A stretch of DNA of 25,590 bases from Armatimonadota bacterium. Its GTDB lineage: Bacteria; Armatimonadota; Hebobacteria; CAIYQO01. Positions 8,888 through 19,200 of the stretch are shown in pieces; positions within the stretch are counted from its first letter, which is position 1, and every line of letters starts with the position of its first letter. The DNA lies in NCBI GenBank assembly GCA_038248345.1, contig JBBRXO010000028.1, forward strand, positions 1 through 25,590, in the 5' to 3' direction. The notes under the pieces were generated by a model, which did no database searches, was not told the DNA's origin, and saw nothing but the letters and a program-made list of their open reading frames with translations. The position numbers were made by a program, and so were the translations under genes.

Positions 8888-10739
8888 TGATTCGTTGGCA
8901 GGTGACGAAAACTATTAATGTGGGGATGGAAGCGAGCACATAAGCGGCGAATCTGATCGGTTGGGATGCCCAGTCCATCTGTTGCAGGTAAACCATCATC
9001 GTCCACATCTTCGGGTTAGGACAGAGGATGAAGGCGAAGGCGAAGGCGGAATAGGCACCGATGAAGGTTCCCAATGCCATATAGGCCAGGAAAGGCTTGA
9101 CCAACGGCATGGTGATACGCCAGAAGATGACCAATTCGCTGGCGCCATCCAGTTCTGCCGCCTCATACAAGTCTTGCGGGAGGCCGTCGAACATCCCCTT
9201 CAACAGGAAGATACTGAATCCGTTGGCCATGCCCGGCAATACCAGCGCCCAGAAGGTATTGAGCAAGCCCAGCTCGCGAAGTAGCAGGAAGTTGGGGATC
9301 ATTGCTATCTCTGCCGGGAAGGCCATCGTTGCCATCAGGAAGAGCAGCAGTTTATTCGTTGACTTCAGGTTAAAGCGCGAGAGTGCATATGCGGTAACCG
9401 GATTGACGGTGAGGGTAACAAGAAGTGAAAGCAGGATGAAGATTATCGTGTTGAAGAACGAGCGTCCGTGCAGTAGCAGGTAATCGATCACAGACCGGTA
9501 GTTTCTGGTGACAAATTCAGTACGAATCTTCCCGGCATTGGTCGTTGCATCAGTTACCATCACTTGAATCGTGGGCGGGAAGATGGCCGCCGCATCGACA
9601 TATTGGGTGCCGTAGGTCTTATTGATAGCGGAAGTCGTGCCGTATTTCGCCATCAGCCAGTTACGATAGCGTGACTCGGCGGTATCCAGGTATAGACTGG
9701 TGGCGGGAGCGTTCTGTCCCTTACCGACAAAGTCATTCCATTCTCCCATTGCTATGGTATCGGTTAGTGGAGTCTCTGCCGGAAGTGAAATGTCATCGAA
9801 TGACACGGCACTCACCGTAGGATGCGCTTTCAGGTAGAGAGAAATATCCTGCTGGAAACGATCACGTAAAAAGCGATGCCAGGCGGACAGCGCTGTTTGG
9901 TCCGCCCGGATAAACCAGATGGGAACCTCTTTACGGATACATTCTTCCCATGCCTTCTGGAATTCTGCCGATGCTTGCACTGGGTACTGCAGCGGCATGT
10001 CTATCGAATCGAAGGAGGTGTAAGTCGTCCCTAATTTGGTATTGATAGTCGCAATATCAGCTCCGTGTTTAGTGCGTAAACTGGTGGGCCAGATGGATTC
10101 TATCGCCACAGGTACCAAGCGCTCCAGCGGCTGGCGTTTTTTGAAGGCGAGGAAATCGGCCATACGGTCGTCTATCTGTGGCTGATACCAGCGGGCATTC
10201 CAGAATTCCTGCGGCGGAGACAGTGCTTGGAGATCTGCTAGCTGGGTGCCATATTTCTGTTGGATGGACGCCACACTCTGGTACTGCGCAAATATGGCGG
10301 CGCGATATTCTGTCACCATGGGATGGATACCATAAGTGCGCGAGTCCCACTGTGCTCCGCGGGCTACCGTAATGGTGTAATTCACCGGTAAAGCTGCTAC
10401 GAAAGTATTATAATCGGCGACTTCTTCAGCGCTTGCCGGTGAAGGCAGTGCCATCTCTTTCATGGCCGCCACATTCTTCCGGGCTACCTGATTGTAGAAT
10501 GTCACATCGTAATTCGACTGCTGTTCGATATACTTCATGGTTAGCATCTTCTGCTGTGTGAAATATACCGGAATCAGATCGTATGATTGAGCATCCAAAT
10601 TACTCTTAAACGAATTAGAGACCATCACCATGAAGGGGAGAAGCATGGTAATGCCACCGCCGATGAGCAAAATATACATCAGCGTGAAGGCAGAGCGGGA
10701 TGACCAGGATTTACGACCGACTTTAGAGATATGTGCCAT
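8853..10739 (-). CDS. Carbohydrate ABC transporter permease (MalG-type) with large extracytoplasmic insertion
   Basis: N-terminal TM with LLPFMVMVSNSFK; C-terminal NY...FFNT...AYALSRF and EAA loop LYEAAELDGAS. 628 aa is over twice the usual size. Confidence 0.95.
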   Translation of the reverse strand: MAHISKVGRKSWSSRSAFTLMYILLIGGGITMLLPFMVMVSNSFKSNLDAQSYDLIPVYFTQQKMLTMKYIEQQSNYDVTFYNQVARKNVAAMKEMALPSPASAEEVADYNTFVAALPVNYTITVARGAQWDSRTYGIHPMVTEYRAAIFAQYQSVASIQQKYGTQLADLQALSPPQEFWNARWYQPQIDDRMADFLAFKKRQPLERLVPVAIESIWPTSLRTKHGADIATINTKLGTTYTSFDSIDMPLQYPVQASAEFQKAWEECIRKEVPIWFIRADQTALSAWHRFLRDRFQQDISLYLKAHPTVSAVSFDDISLPAETPLTDTIAMGEWNDFVGKGQNAPATSLYLDTAESRYRNWLMAKYGTTSAINKTYGTQYVDAAAIFPPTIQVMVTDATTNAGKIRTEFVTRNYRSVIDYLLLHGRSFFNTIIFILLSLLVTLTVNPVTAYALSRFNLKSTNKLLLFLMATMAFPAEIAMIPNFLLLRELGLLNTFWALVLPGMANGFSIFLLKGMFDGLPQDLYEAAELDGASELVIFWRITMPLVKPFLAYMALGTFIGAYSAFAFAFILCPNPKMWTMMVYLQQMDWASQPIRFAAYVLASIPTLIVFVTCQRIIMQGIVLPTEK

Positions 10740-10748
10740 TATTTGTTC

Positions 10749-13289
10749 CTATTCACTCTTTGATAATTTGAACTGCACCTTGGAAAGGTAGCGTAGTTGG
10801 AAGATAGTGAAACCGATAAGCAAGGAGGCGAGAATCCACCCCATAGCAGTAGCATATCCATAGCGAAGATACATGAATGCATTACGCCAGATTTCCAGCC
10901 CCACGACGACTGTTTTCTCCGCTGGCCCACCGCCGGTCATAATCCAGATCGGTTCGAACGATTTGAAGGCGCCGATAGATGCCCCGACAAAGTTGATAAT
11001 TAACAGGGGTTTCAAGTAGGGTATTGTGATATGCCTGAGTTTGGAGAAGAATCCGGCGCCGTCGATCTCCGCCGCCTCGTAATATTCATCCGGCACCTGT
11101 TGCAACGCCGCCAGGTAGATGATACTCCCGGGTCCCACACTAGCCCAGACTCCTGGTAGGATAATCCAGAGCATCGCCAGCTTGGGATCGGTGAGGAACT
11201 TCTGGGTGGGAATATGTAACGCCGCCAGTGTCTGGTTCAGTACACCGTATTGCGATGGATCATATAGTTGCATCCAGAGTAACATGATGACTATGCCGGT
11301 GGTTACAGATGGCAGGAAGTAGATGATGCGGATGAAGAGGGAACCACGAGGAATTTCACGCAGCATCAAGGCCAGGATCACCGGGGCAAAGAACCCGAGG
11401 CCAATGGTGAGTACTGCAAAGATCAGGCTATGCCACATAGCCTCCCAAAATTCGGTGGCAAAGAGAACGTTGCCGAAGTTCTGAACCCCCAACCACTGGC
11501 TACCCAGCAGCAGCTGGTAATTCTGAAACGCTATCACCGAGCCGCGGCTCAATGGGTAATATTGAAACAGGAGCACCGCGCCTAATGCGGGAGCCATGAT
11601 CGCCCAGGCGATCAAGGTGCGCCGAAATGCGGTTTTTGACCGCTGATTGGGGGTTGCCAACGCTTCGCCATACATCGCCAGGGTGTATTTGAACATAATT
11701 GCGAAAATTATCAGCGAACAAATGACGCAGATTAGCGCGACAGTATCGCGTTTGTTTCGTTCGGCCGGAGGGATAGTTCCGATTAAGCGTTCGTTGGTAC
11801 GCGCCACATTCTCGCTGAGTAGCATTTTTACCTGACTGGTCTCAGGATTATCCATCATCTTGATGAGATCCCATCCCTTATCCATCTCATTATATATCTG
11901 CTGGGCATTCTTGCCATATGGTTCCGGGTGAGCGCTTTCCAGGGCTTTTTCATAAATTTCTTCCCAGTCGGGGGGCACATCATGTAAATATTCGGTGTAG
12001 CCGAATTCGCGAAGGTAGGCAGGATTCAGGTACTTGGCATAGCCACCGTCGACAAATATTCGGGTGGTGATACGTTTGGCGACTTCAGAAGATCGGAAGC
12101 GGATATATGCCCATGCGGCGTCTTTTTTCGCCTGATCTTTTATGGTGCCGTTTATCGCTAGCATCGTGGAGTTCAATTCGGCAGAACTGATGCCCGTCGG
12201 GCCAGCGGGTACTAGAGCCACCCCGATGAGTGTGGGGTCGATCGGGCCAGCCATCTGCATATCTGTCATGTAGTTGGTGGAAAATGCCTGTTTCCCCTCG
12301 CTCCAGGTATCGACACCGGGGGGCGGGCAGACACCATGGAAGAGGCTCTTCTTACTTTCCAGATCTGCCACCGAAAAAGAATGACCATTAGGACATTTTA
12401 CTTGATTAGCACTCGGTTCAATGGCGTAATGCTTTTCACAGGTTGGGCAAATTACCCATGGTCCTTTCACGATTTTCCAGGCGAACTGGTAGCCAATTAC
12501 GGCTTTGTCGTCACCATAGGCTGCAAACCACTCTTGTGACCCCGGCTCCTTTTGCTTCAGGATTTCGCTTCCTGCGGACCAGAGAATCCAGGTAAGCCGC
12601 CAGGTGTTCTCAATATTATAGCCGTAGATACCTTTGCCGGGGCGTGGGTCAGTCACTTGCACGCAGTTGTCGTAAAACTCGTCCCACGTTTTTGGGGCAC
12701 GCTCTGGCAGGCCCGCATTGCGGAGCACATCCTTGCGATACTGCATCGTCATAGCATAGAGCATCGGGGGCAGACAGTAGGTATGCATATTGCCATCCGG
12801 GCCTATGCGCCGGGCTACATCCCATAATCGTTCCGTGGGGATGGTGCGTGCTAACTCTTCTTTACCACCGGGGGCGTTCTCCCAGGCGGTAAAATAATCA
12901 TCCAATGGTAACAGAAAGCCTTGGCGAATAAAGGAATCGGACTGGCGGAAATTCACATTCAGCACATCCGGCGCTACACCGCCGGCCATGGCCATCAACG
13001 TATCGGTATCCTGCGCCATTCCTGCTGCGCCCGCACCAGGAACTTTCAGGAAGGAGAATGGTTTCAATCCCACATTTGGGTAGCGCTTCATAAACTCTTG
13101 CGCGACGGCTACATTAGCCTTAGCGCCAATATCGTAGGCATCCGTCGCAGGCGGTAATCCATAGACAGTGATGTCCACTGGTTTTCCACCATTAACCTTG
13201 CCTGGTAAACCGGGGATATCGTTTGCCTGTGCGATCTGGAGAAAGCAACCCAGACTGACAGACAATAATAAAAACTTAAAAAATCGCAT
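10749..13289 (-). CDS. Fused sugar solute-binding protein + MalF-type ABC permease
   Basis: Signal peptide, SBP motifs (AGGVAPDV, LLPLDDY, YRKDVL, PKTWDEF, AAWAYIRF), then TM region with WLGVQNF and YYEAAEIDGAG. Confidence 0.93.
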   Translation of the reverse strand: MRFFKFLLLSVSLGCFLQIAQANDIPGLPGKVNGGKPVDITVYGLPPATDAYDIGAKANVAVAQEFMKRYPNVGLKPFSFLKVPGAGAAGMAQDTDTLMAMAGGVAPDVLNVNFRQSDSFIRQGFLLPLDDYFTAWENAPGGKEELARTIPTERLWDVARRIGPDGNMHTYCLPPMLYAMTMQYRKDVLRNAGLPERAPKTWDEFYDNCVQVTDPRPGKGIYGYNIENTWRLTWILWSAGSEILKQKEPGSQEWFAAYGDDKAVIGYQFAWKIVKGPWVICPTCEKHYAIEPSANQVKCPNGHSFSVADLESKKSLFHGVCPPPGVDTWSEGKQAFSTNYMTDMQMAGPIDPTLIGVALVPAGPTGISSAELNSTMLAINGTIKDQAKKDAAWAYIRFRSSEVAKRITTRIFVDGGYAKYLNPAYLREFGYTEYLHDVPPDWEEIYEKALESAHPEPYGKNAQQIYNEMDKGWDLIKMMDNPETSQVKMLLSENVARTNERLIGTIPPAERNKRDTVALICVICSLIIFAIMFKYTLAMYGEALATPNQRSKTAFRRTLIAWAIMAPALGAVLLFQYYPLSRGSVIAFQNYQLLLGSQWLGVQNFGNVLFATEFWEAMWHSLIFAVLTIGLGFFAPVILALMLREIPRGSLFIRIIYFLPSVTTGIVIMLLWMQLYDPSQYGVLNQTLAALHIPTQKFLTDPKLAMLWIILPGVWASVGPGSIIYLAALQQVPDEYYEAAEIDGAGFFSKLRHITIPYLKPLLIINFVGASIGAFKSFEPIWIMTGGGPAEKTVVVGLEIWRNAFMYLRYGYATAMGWILASLLIGFTIFQLRYLSKVQFKLSKSE

Positions 13290-13387
13290 AGCGCGCTCAC
13301 TTTTTACCTATTGAGTGGATAATCTATTAAAGGATATATGAATTGTCTAAAAAATGACTTCATCATCACCTTTTTATCATTCATTAG

Positions 13388-13445
13388 ATATTACATCTAT
13401 TATCTGATATCGCCAATGGATAAAAAATGCGTATCTACTGGAATA
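13388..13445 (-). promoter_or_regulatory. Putative promoter and upstream regulator site of the ABC operon
   Basis: Minus strand reads TATTCCAGTAGATACGCATTTTTTATCCA-TTGGCG, 17 bp, TAATAT. The 35-bp upstream part is 31/35 identical to 16177-16211. Confidence 0.7.
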
Positions 13446-13599
13446 TTTCTTCATAGGTCAGGTTATGGCAGGTCAGATAGCCCAGGGGAAACTGGGCACC
13501 CCTATAAATAGTGCAATTAATCCAGTGTGGACGCGTAATTTTTCTAGTGAAGAATTCATCTCTTCATGTTATAGTTATTATTGAAAATCATCTCCATTG

Positions 13600-13605
13600 T
13601 ATAAT
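13600..13605 (+). promoter_or_regulatory. Perfect -10 hexamer upstream of GH116
   Basis: TATAAT ends 17 nt before ATG 13623; no convincing -35 at canonical spacing. Confidence 0.4.
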
Positions 13606-13622
13606 GAGTGAAAGGGGAAATT

Positions 13623-16163
13623 ATGTCCGACCATTTAGTAACAAGTTGGCCGGTTTTAACCAGTTATGATAGCGACCATTTGCGGCGGATAGCGTTGCCG
13701 CTGGGTGGTATCGGGACAGGAACGATCTCTTTGGGCGGGCGGGGTGATCTGCGCGACTGGGAAGTGATGAATCGCCCGGCGAAAGGCTATACGCCCATTA
13801 ATACGTTTTTTGCGCTTTATGCCCGTTCGGCTAATGGCGAAGCGGTGACGCGTGCGTTGGAAGGACCTATCGATGTGGCGGATTATGAAGGCCCTTTTGG
13901 CTGCACGGTGCCCAATCACGGTTTGCCGCGTTTTGCGCATTGTACGTTCCATACCGCCTATCCCTTCGGCCAGGTACATCTATCAGATGAGGCGATGCCG
14001 TTGGAAGTGCGACTGCAGGCATTCAACCCGCTCATCCCGGGCGATGCTGACGCTAGCGGTATCCCGGTGGCGGTGTTGCGCTATGTGCTAAAAAATTCTA
14101 CCGCGGAAACAGTCACCGCGAGTATTTGCGGCAACGTGCCCAATCTGGCTGACGCCGGAGGCGAGCAGGTTAATACGTTGCGTGAAAGCGGTGACGCGCG
14201 CGGAATTTTTATGACGGTAGAGAATGGCGATACCGGGGCAGAGCAGTACGGATCAATGGCCTTTGCCGCATTAGCGGAAGATGTAACCCGGCGGCGCACG
14301 TGGTCCGACCGTACCGCGTGGGGCGGCGCATTGCTCGATTTCTGGGATGATTTCAGCGTTGACGGAAAGTTGGACGATCGTGAACTGGTCGGACAGAAGA
14401 ACCCATTGAGCTCGGTCGCAGCAATGGTAGAAGTGCCGCCATATGAGGAACGCGCCATAACCTTCCTTATTGCCTGGCATTTCCCGAATCGCATCACATG
14501 GACGCCGTCAGCGGAAAAAGTCGAGGCTACCACCCCTGCCGAACCACATAAAAATTCCGACTGCATTGGGAACTATTACACTACGCAGTATACAGATGCC
14601 TGGGATGTGATTGCCCAGGTGGCCAGTACGTTGCCTGCATTGGAGGCACAGACCCTGCGCTTCGTCCGCAGCTTTTGTGACAGCGATCTGCCGACTGTGG
14701 TAAAAGAGGCGGCGCTGTATAACCTGAGCACATTGCGCACACAGACGTGTTTTCGCACGGCCGATGGATATTTCTACGTGTGGGAAGGGTGCGGCGACAC
14801 TGTAGGGAGCTGCCACGGTTCCTGTACCCATGTTTGGAATTACGAGCAGGCTACCGCCTTCCTTTTTGGAGATTTGGCCAAGCGCATGCGGGAAATCGAG
14901 TTTGCCCACGCCACCTGCGATAATGGCCTGATGTGCTTTCGTGTCAATTTGCCGCTCGCCCGCGCGACGGATTGGACCTATGCCGCCGCCGATGGGCAAA
15001 TGGGCTGCCTGATGAAGTTGTATCGCGACTGGCAACTTTCCGGTGATGACGCCATGTTGCGACGCCTCTGGCCTCATGCCCGCAAAACGTTGGAGTTCTG
15101 TTGGATTCCCAACGGCTGGGATGGCGATCAGGACGGCGTGATGGAAGGCTGCCAGCATAACACTATGGACGTGGAGTATTTCGGACCGAATGGCCAGATG
15201 AGCGGCTGGTACCTGGGGGCATTGCGTGCCAGCGAAGAGATGGCGCGTTATTTGGGAGAGATTGAATTCGCCGCTCGCTGCCGCTCTCTCTTTACACAGG
15301 GCAGCCAATGGGTGGATGAGCATCTCTTTAATGGTGAGTACTATGAACAGCAGGTACGTCCTCCTATGGACAAAGATAATATCGCGCCCAGCTTGATTGT
15401 TGGCATGGGAACCGGCAATTTGGCGGAACCGGAATTTCAACTCGGTGCAGCTTGTTTGGTCGATCAATTGGTTGGTCAATGCTTGGCACATATTTGCGGG
15501 TTGGGCTATTTGTTGGATGCGGCGCATGTTCGCACCACGTTGCAGAGTATCATGCGCCATAACTTCCGCACGTTACGTGGACACTTCAACTATCTGCGCA
15601 CCTTTGCACTGCAAGACGAATCAGCCCTACTGATGAGCACATATCCGCGTGGCGATCGTCCGGTTTCCCCCTTCCCATATAGTAATGAAATTATGACCGG
15701 CTTTGAATACACGGCAGCCGTTCATATGTTGTACGAAGGCATGCATGATGATGCACTTACTGTCATCACTGCCATTCGCCAACGCTATGATGGCCGCAAG
15801 CGAAGCCCCTTTGATGAGGCAGAGTGCGGCCACCACTACGGGCGCGCCATGATGAGTTGGGGCGCCGTGCTCGCCCTTACGGGGTTTCATTTTTCGGCGG
15901 TGGATATCACTATTACCTTTGCGGCTAAAGAGGGACGGTGTTTTTGGTCAAATGGCAACGCCTGGGGTAGTTGCACTCAACGGAATGACGCTGAAGGCAT
16001 CGCCATATCTATTCAAGTACTGTATGGCAACCTGGTGTTACAGCATATTAAAATCAGCGGCTTTGGCAGTCATTCTACCGCGTCTAGTCAGACGATCGTT
16101 ACTGGCGAGATCTTCAATTGTCTGGTAAAACTGGAGCAGGTTGGGGTAGCGAATGACTCCTGA
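13623..16163 (+). CDS. Glycoside hydrolase family 116 (GBA2-like beta-glycosidase)
   Basis: IALPLGGIGTGTI, FNPLIPGD, WEGC (likely nucleophile Glu), GSCTHVWNY, AADGQMG, HNTMD (likely acid/base Asp), DQLVGQ, ECGHHYGRAM. ATG 13623 preferred over GTG 13608 because of SD AAGGGG. No signal peptide. Confidence 0.95.
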   Translation: MSDHLVTSWPVLTSYDSDHLRRIALPLGGIGTGTISLGGRGDLRDWEVMNRPAKGYTPINTFFALYARSANGEAVTRALEGPIDVADYEGPFGCTVPNHGLPRFAHCTFHTAYPFGQVHLSDEAMPLEVRLQAFNPLIPGDADASGIPVAVLRYVLKNSTAETVTASICGNVPNLADAGGEQVNTLRESGDARGIFMTVENGDTGAEQYGSMAFAALAEDVTRRRTWSDRTAWGGALLDFWDDFSVDGKLDDRELVGQKNPLSSVAAMVEVPPYEERAITFLIAWHFPNRITWTPSAEKVEATTPAEPHKNSDCIGNYYTTQYTDAWDVIAQVASTLPALEAQTLRFVRSFCDSDLPTVVKEAALYNLSTLRTQTCFRTADGYFYVWEGCGDTVGSCHGSCTHVWNYEQATAFLFGDLAKRMREIEFAHATCDNGLMCFRVNLPLARATDWTYAAADGQMGCLMKLYRDWQLSGDDAMLRRLWPHARKTLEFCWIPNGWDGDQDGVMEGCQHNTMDVEYFGPNGQMSGWYLGALRASEEMARYLGEIEFAARCRSLFTQGSQWVDEHLFNGEYYEQQVRPPMDKDNIAPSLIVGMGTGNLAEPEFQLGAACLVDQLVGQCLAHICGLGYLLDAAHVRTTLQSIMRHNFRTLRGHFNYLRTFALQDESALLMSTYPRGDRPVSPFPYSNEIMTGFEYTAAVHMLYEGMHDDALTVITAIRQRYDGRKRSPFDEAECGHHYGRAMMSWGAVLALTGFHFSAVDITITFAAKEGRCFWSNGNAWGSCTQRNDAEGIAISIQVLYGNLVLQHIKISGFGSHSTASSQTIVTGEIFNCLVKLEQVGVANDS

Positions 16164-16176
16164 TTTTTCAGCAAAT

Positions 16177-16234
16177 TATTCCAGTAAATACGCCTTGATT
16201 ATCCATTGGCGTGCACTGTCAAAGGCTGTAAACT
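16177..16234 (+). promoter_or_regulatory. Putative promoter and upstream regulator site of the secreted-protein operon
   Basis: TATTCCAGTAAATACGCCTTGATTATCCA-TTGGCG, 17 bp, TAAACT; paralogous to the element at 13411-13445. Confidence 0.7.
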
Positions 16235-16280
16235 CTGATTATGCGAGATACGATATGTATTTTGCCGAAGAGAGGAAGAG

Positions 16281-19200
16281 ATGATTAGTTACTTCAATCG
16301 CTTGTTCTACCTGATTACCGGCCTGCTACTGGCCTTGTCGATGCCGCAGTTGCTTCGTGCAGAAGAGGTAAAGATTGCCGGACGCGTAGCTACCAAAGTA
16401 GTTGCTACCGGTCCTAACGGTGGGATAGCATCGGTACGGGAACCGAATGCTTTACCGGGTCGTTACCGTGTGGTATATGAAGTCGGGGTGATGCCGGACG
16501 CCCCCAGTGACAACAGGCATTTTAATGTCGTTATCGAAGCCGCTGGCGTCGGACGTTATGCCATGACGGATTACTACAAAGTTAATTTTCCTGCCGATGG
16601 TTCCCCACTGACAATCACCCGGGAGTTTGAATTATCCAAGCCTACACCATTCTATTCCTCTCTCAACTGGTGGGTTGGCATTGATTCGATGACTATGTTG
16701 GTGTATAGCTCGAAACTGGAGCGAATTGACAAAGGGGCCGCCCTGCTGGGTTTTCAGGCGCGTAAGTTGTTATATACTCCGGGAGAGAAAGCTTTCGTCG
16801 ATGCTATTGTCGCCAATGGGACGGATCGTCATGAGAATTTAACGTTGGCGGTCACGGTGATGAAAGAGTTCAAGGTGTTACAGACACTGAAGCCAGTGAC
16901 AATATCCTTGGAAGTTGGCGAAACAAAAACAGTGGAAGTCCCGCTCCCTACCATGCGTGATGAGTATGGATATTCAATAATTGGGACGCTTTCTGCGGGC
17001 GAAACTGTCATGGATACACGGAGCGACGTCTTTAATGTGGCTGATAACGTCTGGAAAGTCGCATTAGGTTCGGCTACGTTGACAATCAATAATGGCGGTT
17101 CCTATAAGGGTAGCCATGAAACCAACTTACAGGACTTGGCAAAGAGTCGGAACAAATATATCAACTGGTGGGAATGCGATTTCTGGGCACCTGATGATTG
17201 GGGCGATCTCAACCCGAAAGAGGATCATTGGGCGGGTGGCCAGACGGGATATCTGGAAAGTGGTCCGACCCTGAAAGAGTTTATCCGATTGGCCAAGGCT
17301 AATGGTATTCGCTCTATCACCTACGGGAAGCATAATGCCTGTGCGCAATCCGGGTGGGAACTGGCGCGTAAACATCCGGACTGGTTCTATATGGATCAGC
17401 TTGGTCAACCCTATGGTGTATATGATGCCTGGGCGCTACAGAATTGGAATGCCCCTGAACGCTTCACATCAACAGCATTTCAGCAGAAATTCAAACCTTA
17501 CCCGTGGTACTACTTATACGCCAACTTCACACGTATTGATGTGTTGGACTATGGCATCGATCAGATGGCCTTATCGGCGAAAAACTTTGGTTGGGATGGC
17601 GTTCGTTTTGACGGTCACTGGAGCGCGGGGAATGACGACATGTCTACCCGTAATATTCAGCGGATGAAAGAACGCATCTGGGCTGTTCATCCTAACTTCC
17701 TCTTCGGATATAATGATAACACCCCGCATACTGCATCTACGGAATACCTGACCAGCAAAGAGTACCTGGAACGAAGTGCCGGGTACGGGCATATGATGAA
17801 CGAGCAAATTCGCAACTACTCTTCAACAGCTGATGGATTAAGATATAGCACGTGGAGTGCATATGCTGAAGGAATGCTAGCGGATGTTGCGATCATTCGT
17901 AAGAATGGTGCAACTTATCATTGTATATTGGATAATAGAGATAACTATTACAAGTATGTCCTCTGTACCGTCGCGGGGGGGCATACTGTTTATGGTGATC
18001 ATTTGACCGCGCCAGGAAGCCCGAACTGGGGACGTTTCCTTACGCAGTGGTCGGGGCCAGTATGGGATGTAATGTTAAAGGGTGTCCCGGCTGAAGATCG
18101 AGTCGAGGTGAAGGCTAATTCTCCCATATGGTGGGACAAATGGATCACTGAACGCCCTGTCGATAACAAAACTTACCAGCGGATCGTCCACCTTATAGTT
18201 CCACCAGGGGTTGATAAGATCCCCGATAGTAAGCGTTCCGACCCGGTTACTAATGTCGTAGTACGCACGAAAATTGCAAAAATTGGTACTTTAAGTGGCG
18301 CTTACTTGCTGGATACTGACACTAGCGATGAACCGACCAAACTGGCCGTCACTATGGATGGGGAGTGGGCGCAGGTGACGGTGCCCAAAGTCACTGGATG
18401 GAGCATGATAGTTTGGGAATTCTCCGGTAATTATATACGTACGGCGGCGCCAGCAAACATTACAGGACGTCCGGACCCAGCAAAGATCACCGAAGCGGAA
18501 AAAATGACGGCCAAGCCCGCGCCGAAGGATCCGCTTCATCCCAATGAAGACCCAACGGGAGCAGGCGCAACGATTCTTAAAGAAGCGGAGAGTTTGCCCG
18601 CTGCTGATGATAACGCACTTATTATCGAGGATAAAGACGCCTCAAATGGCAATGCGCGTCGTTTGGATGGCTTATGTGCAGGTCGCTCATCTCCTTTCGG
18701 GCATAACGCCTATGTCAGCATTCCTGCTGGGCATTACCGAGCCAGCTACCGTATCAAAATTGAAGACAAAAACAAGGATACTAAGATGCATCTCTATGCG
18801 TCCTGGAAGGTCAAGGACGTCGATGCAATTACGCAAATCGTCAATATTGTCCCCGCTGATTTCAAAGAATCTAATGTCTACCAGGATTTTAACTTTGATT
18901 TCGATTTCCCGGGAGATGTTACGTTGTACCTGTCCGGGGGTTGGAATGGCTCTGGTAAGCCAGGTGCGCTCATCGTAGATTACACCACCTTAAAATTGCT
19001 GGAAATATATAGCGACGTAAAAGTTGAAGAGGCAAGGAAGAATAAGGATAAGCCGCTACGCACCGATTTGGTTCCAGGTGTGGTAACTGATCCGGAACTT
19101 TTCAATGACATGGACGCTCCAGCCGATGCGACTCCTGCCGAGAAGAAGACAATACTCCCGCAACATCCGAAACGTGATGCCTTTACTGCCGCCCCGGTGC

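Noticed and set aside
13314..13322. DnaA-box-like TTATCCACT on the minus strand
   Set aside because: Single 8/9 match with no box cluster or origin-associated genes; more likely chance or a further half-site of the local motif.
14508..15560. 350-aa minus-strand ORF
   Set aside because: Antisense shadow of GH116.
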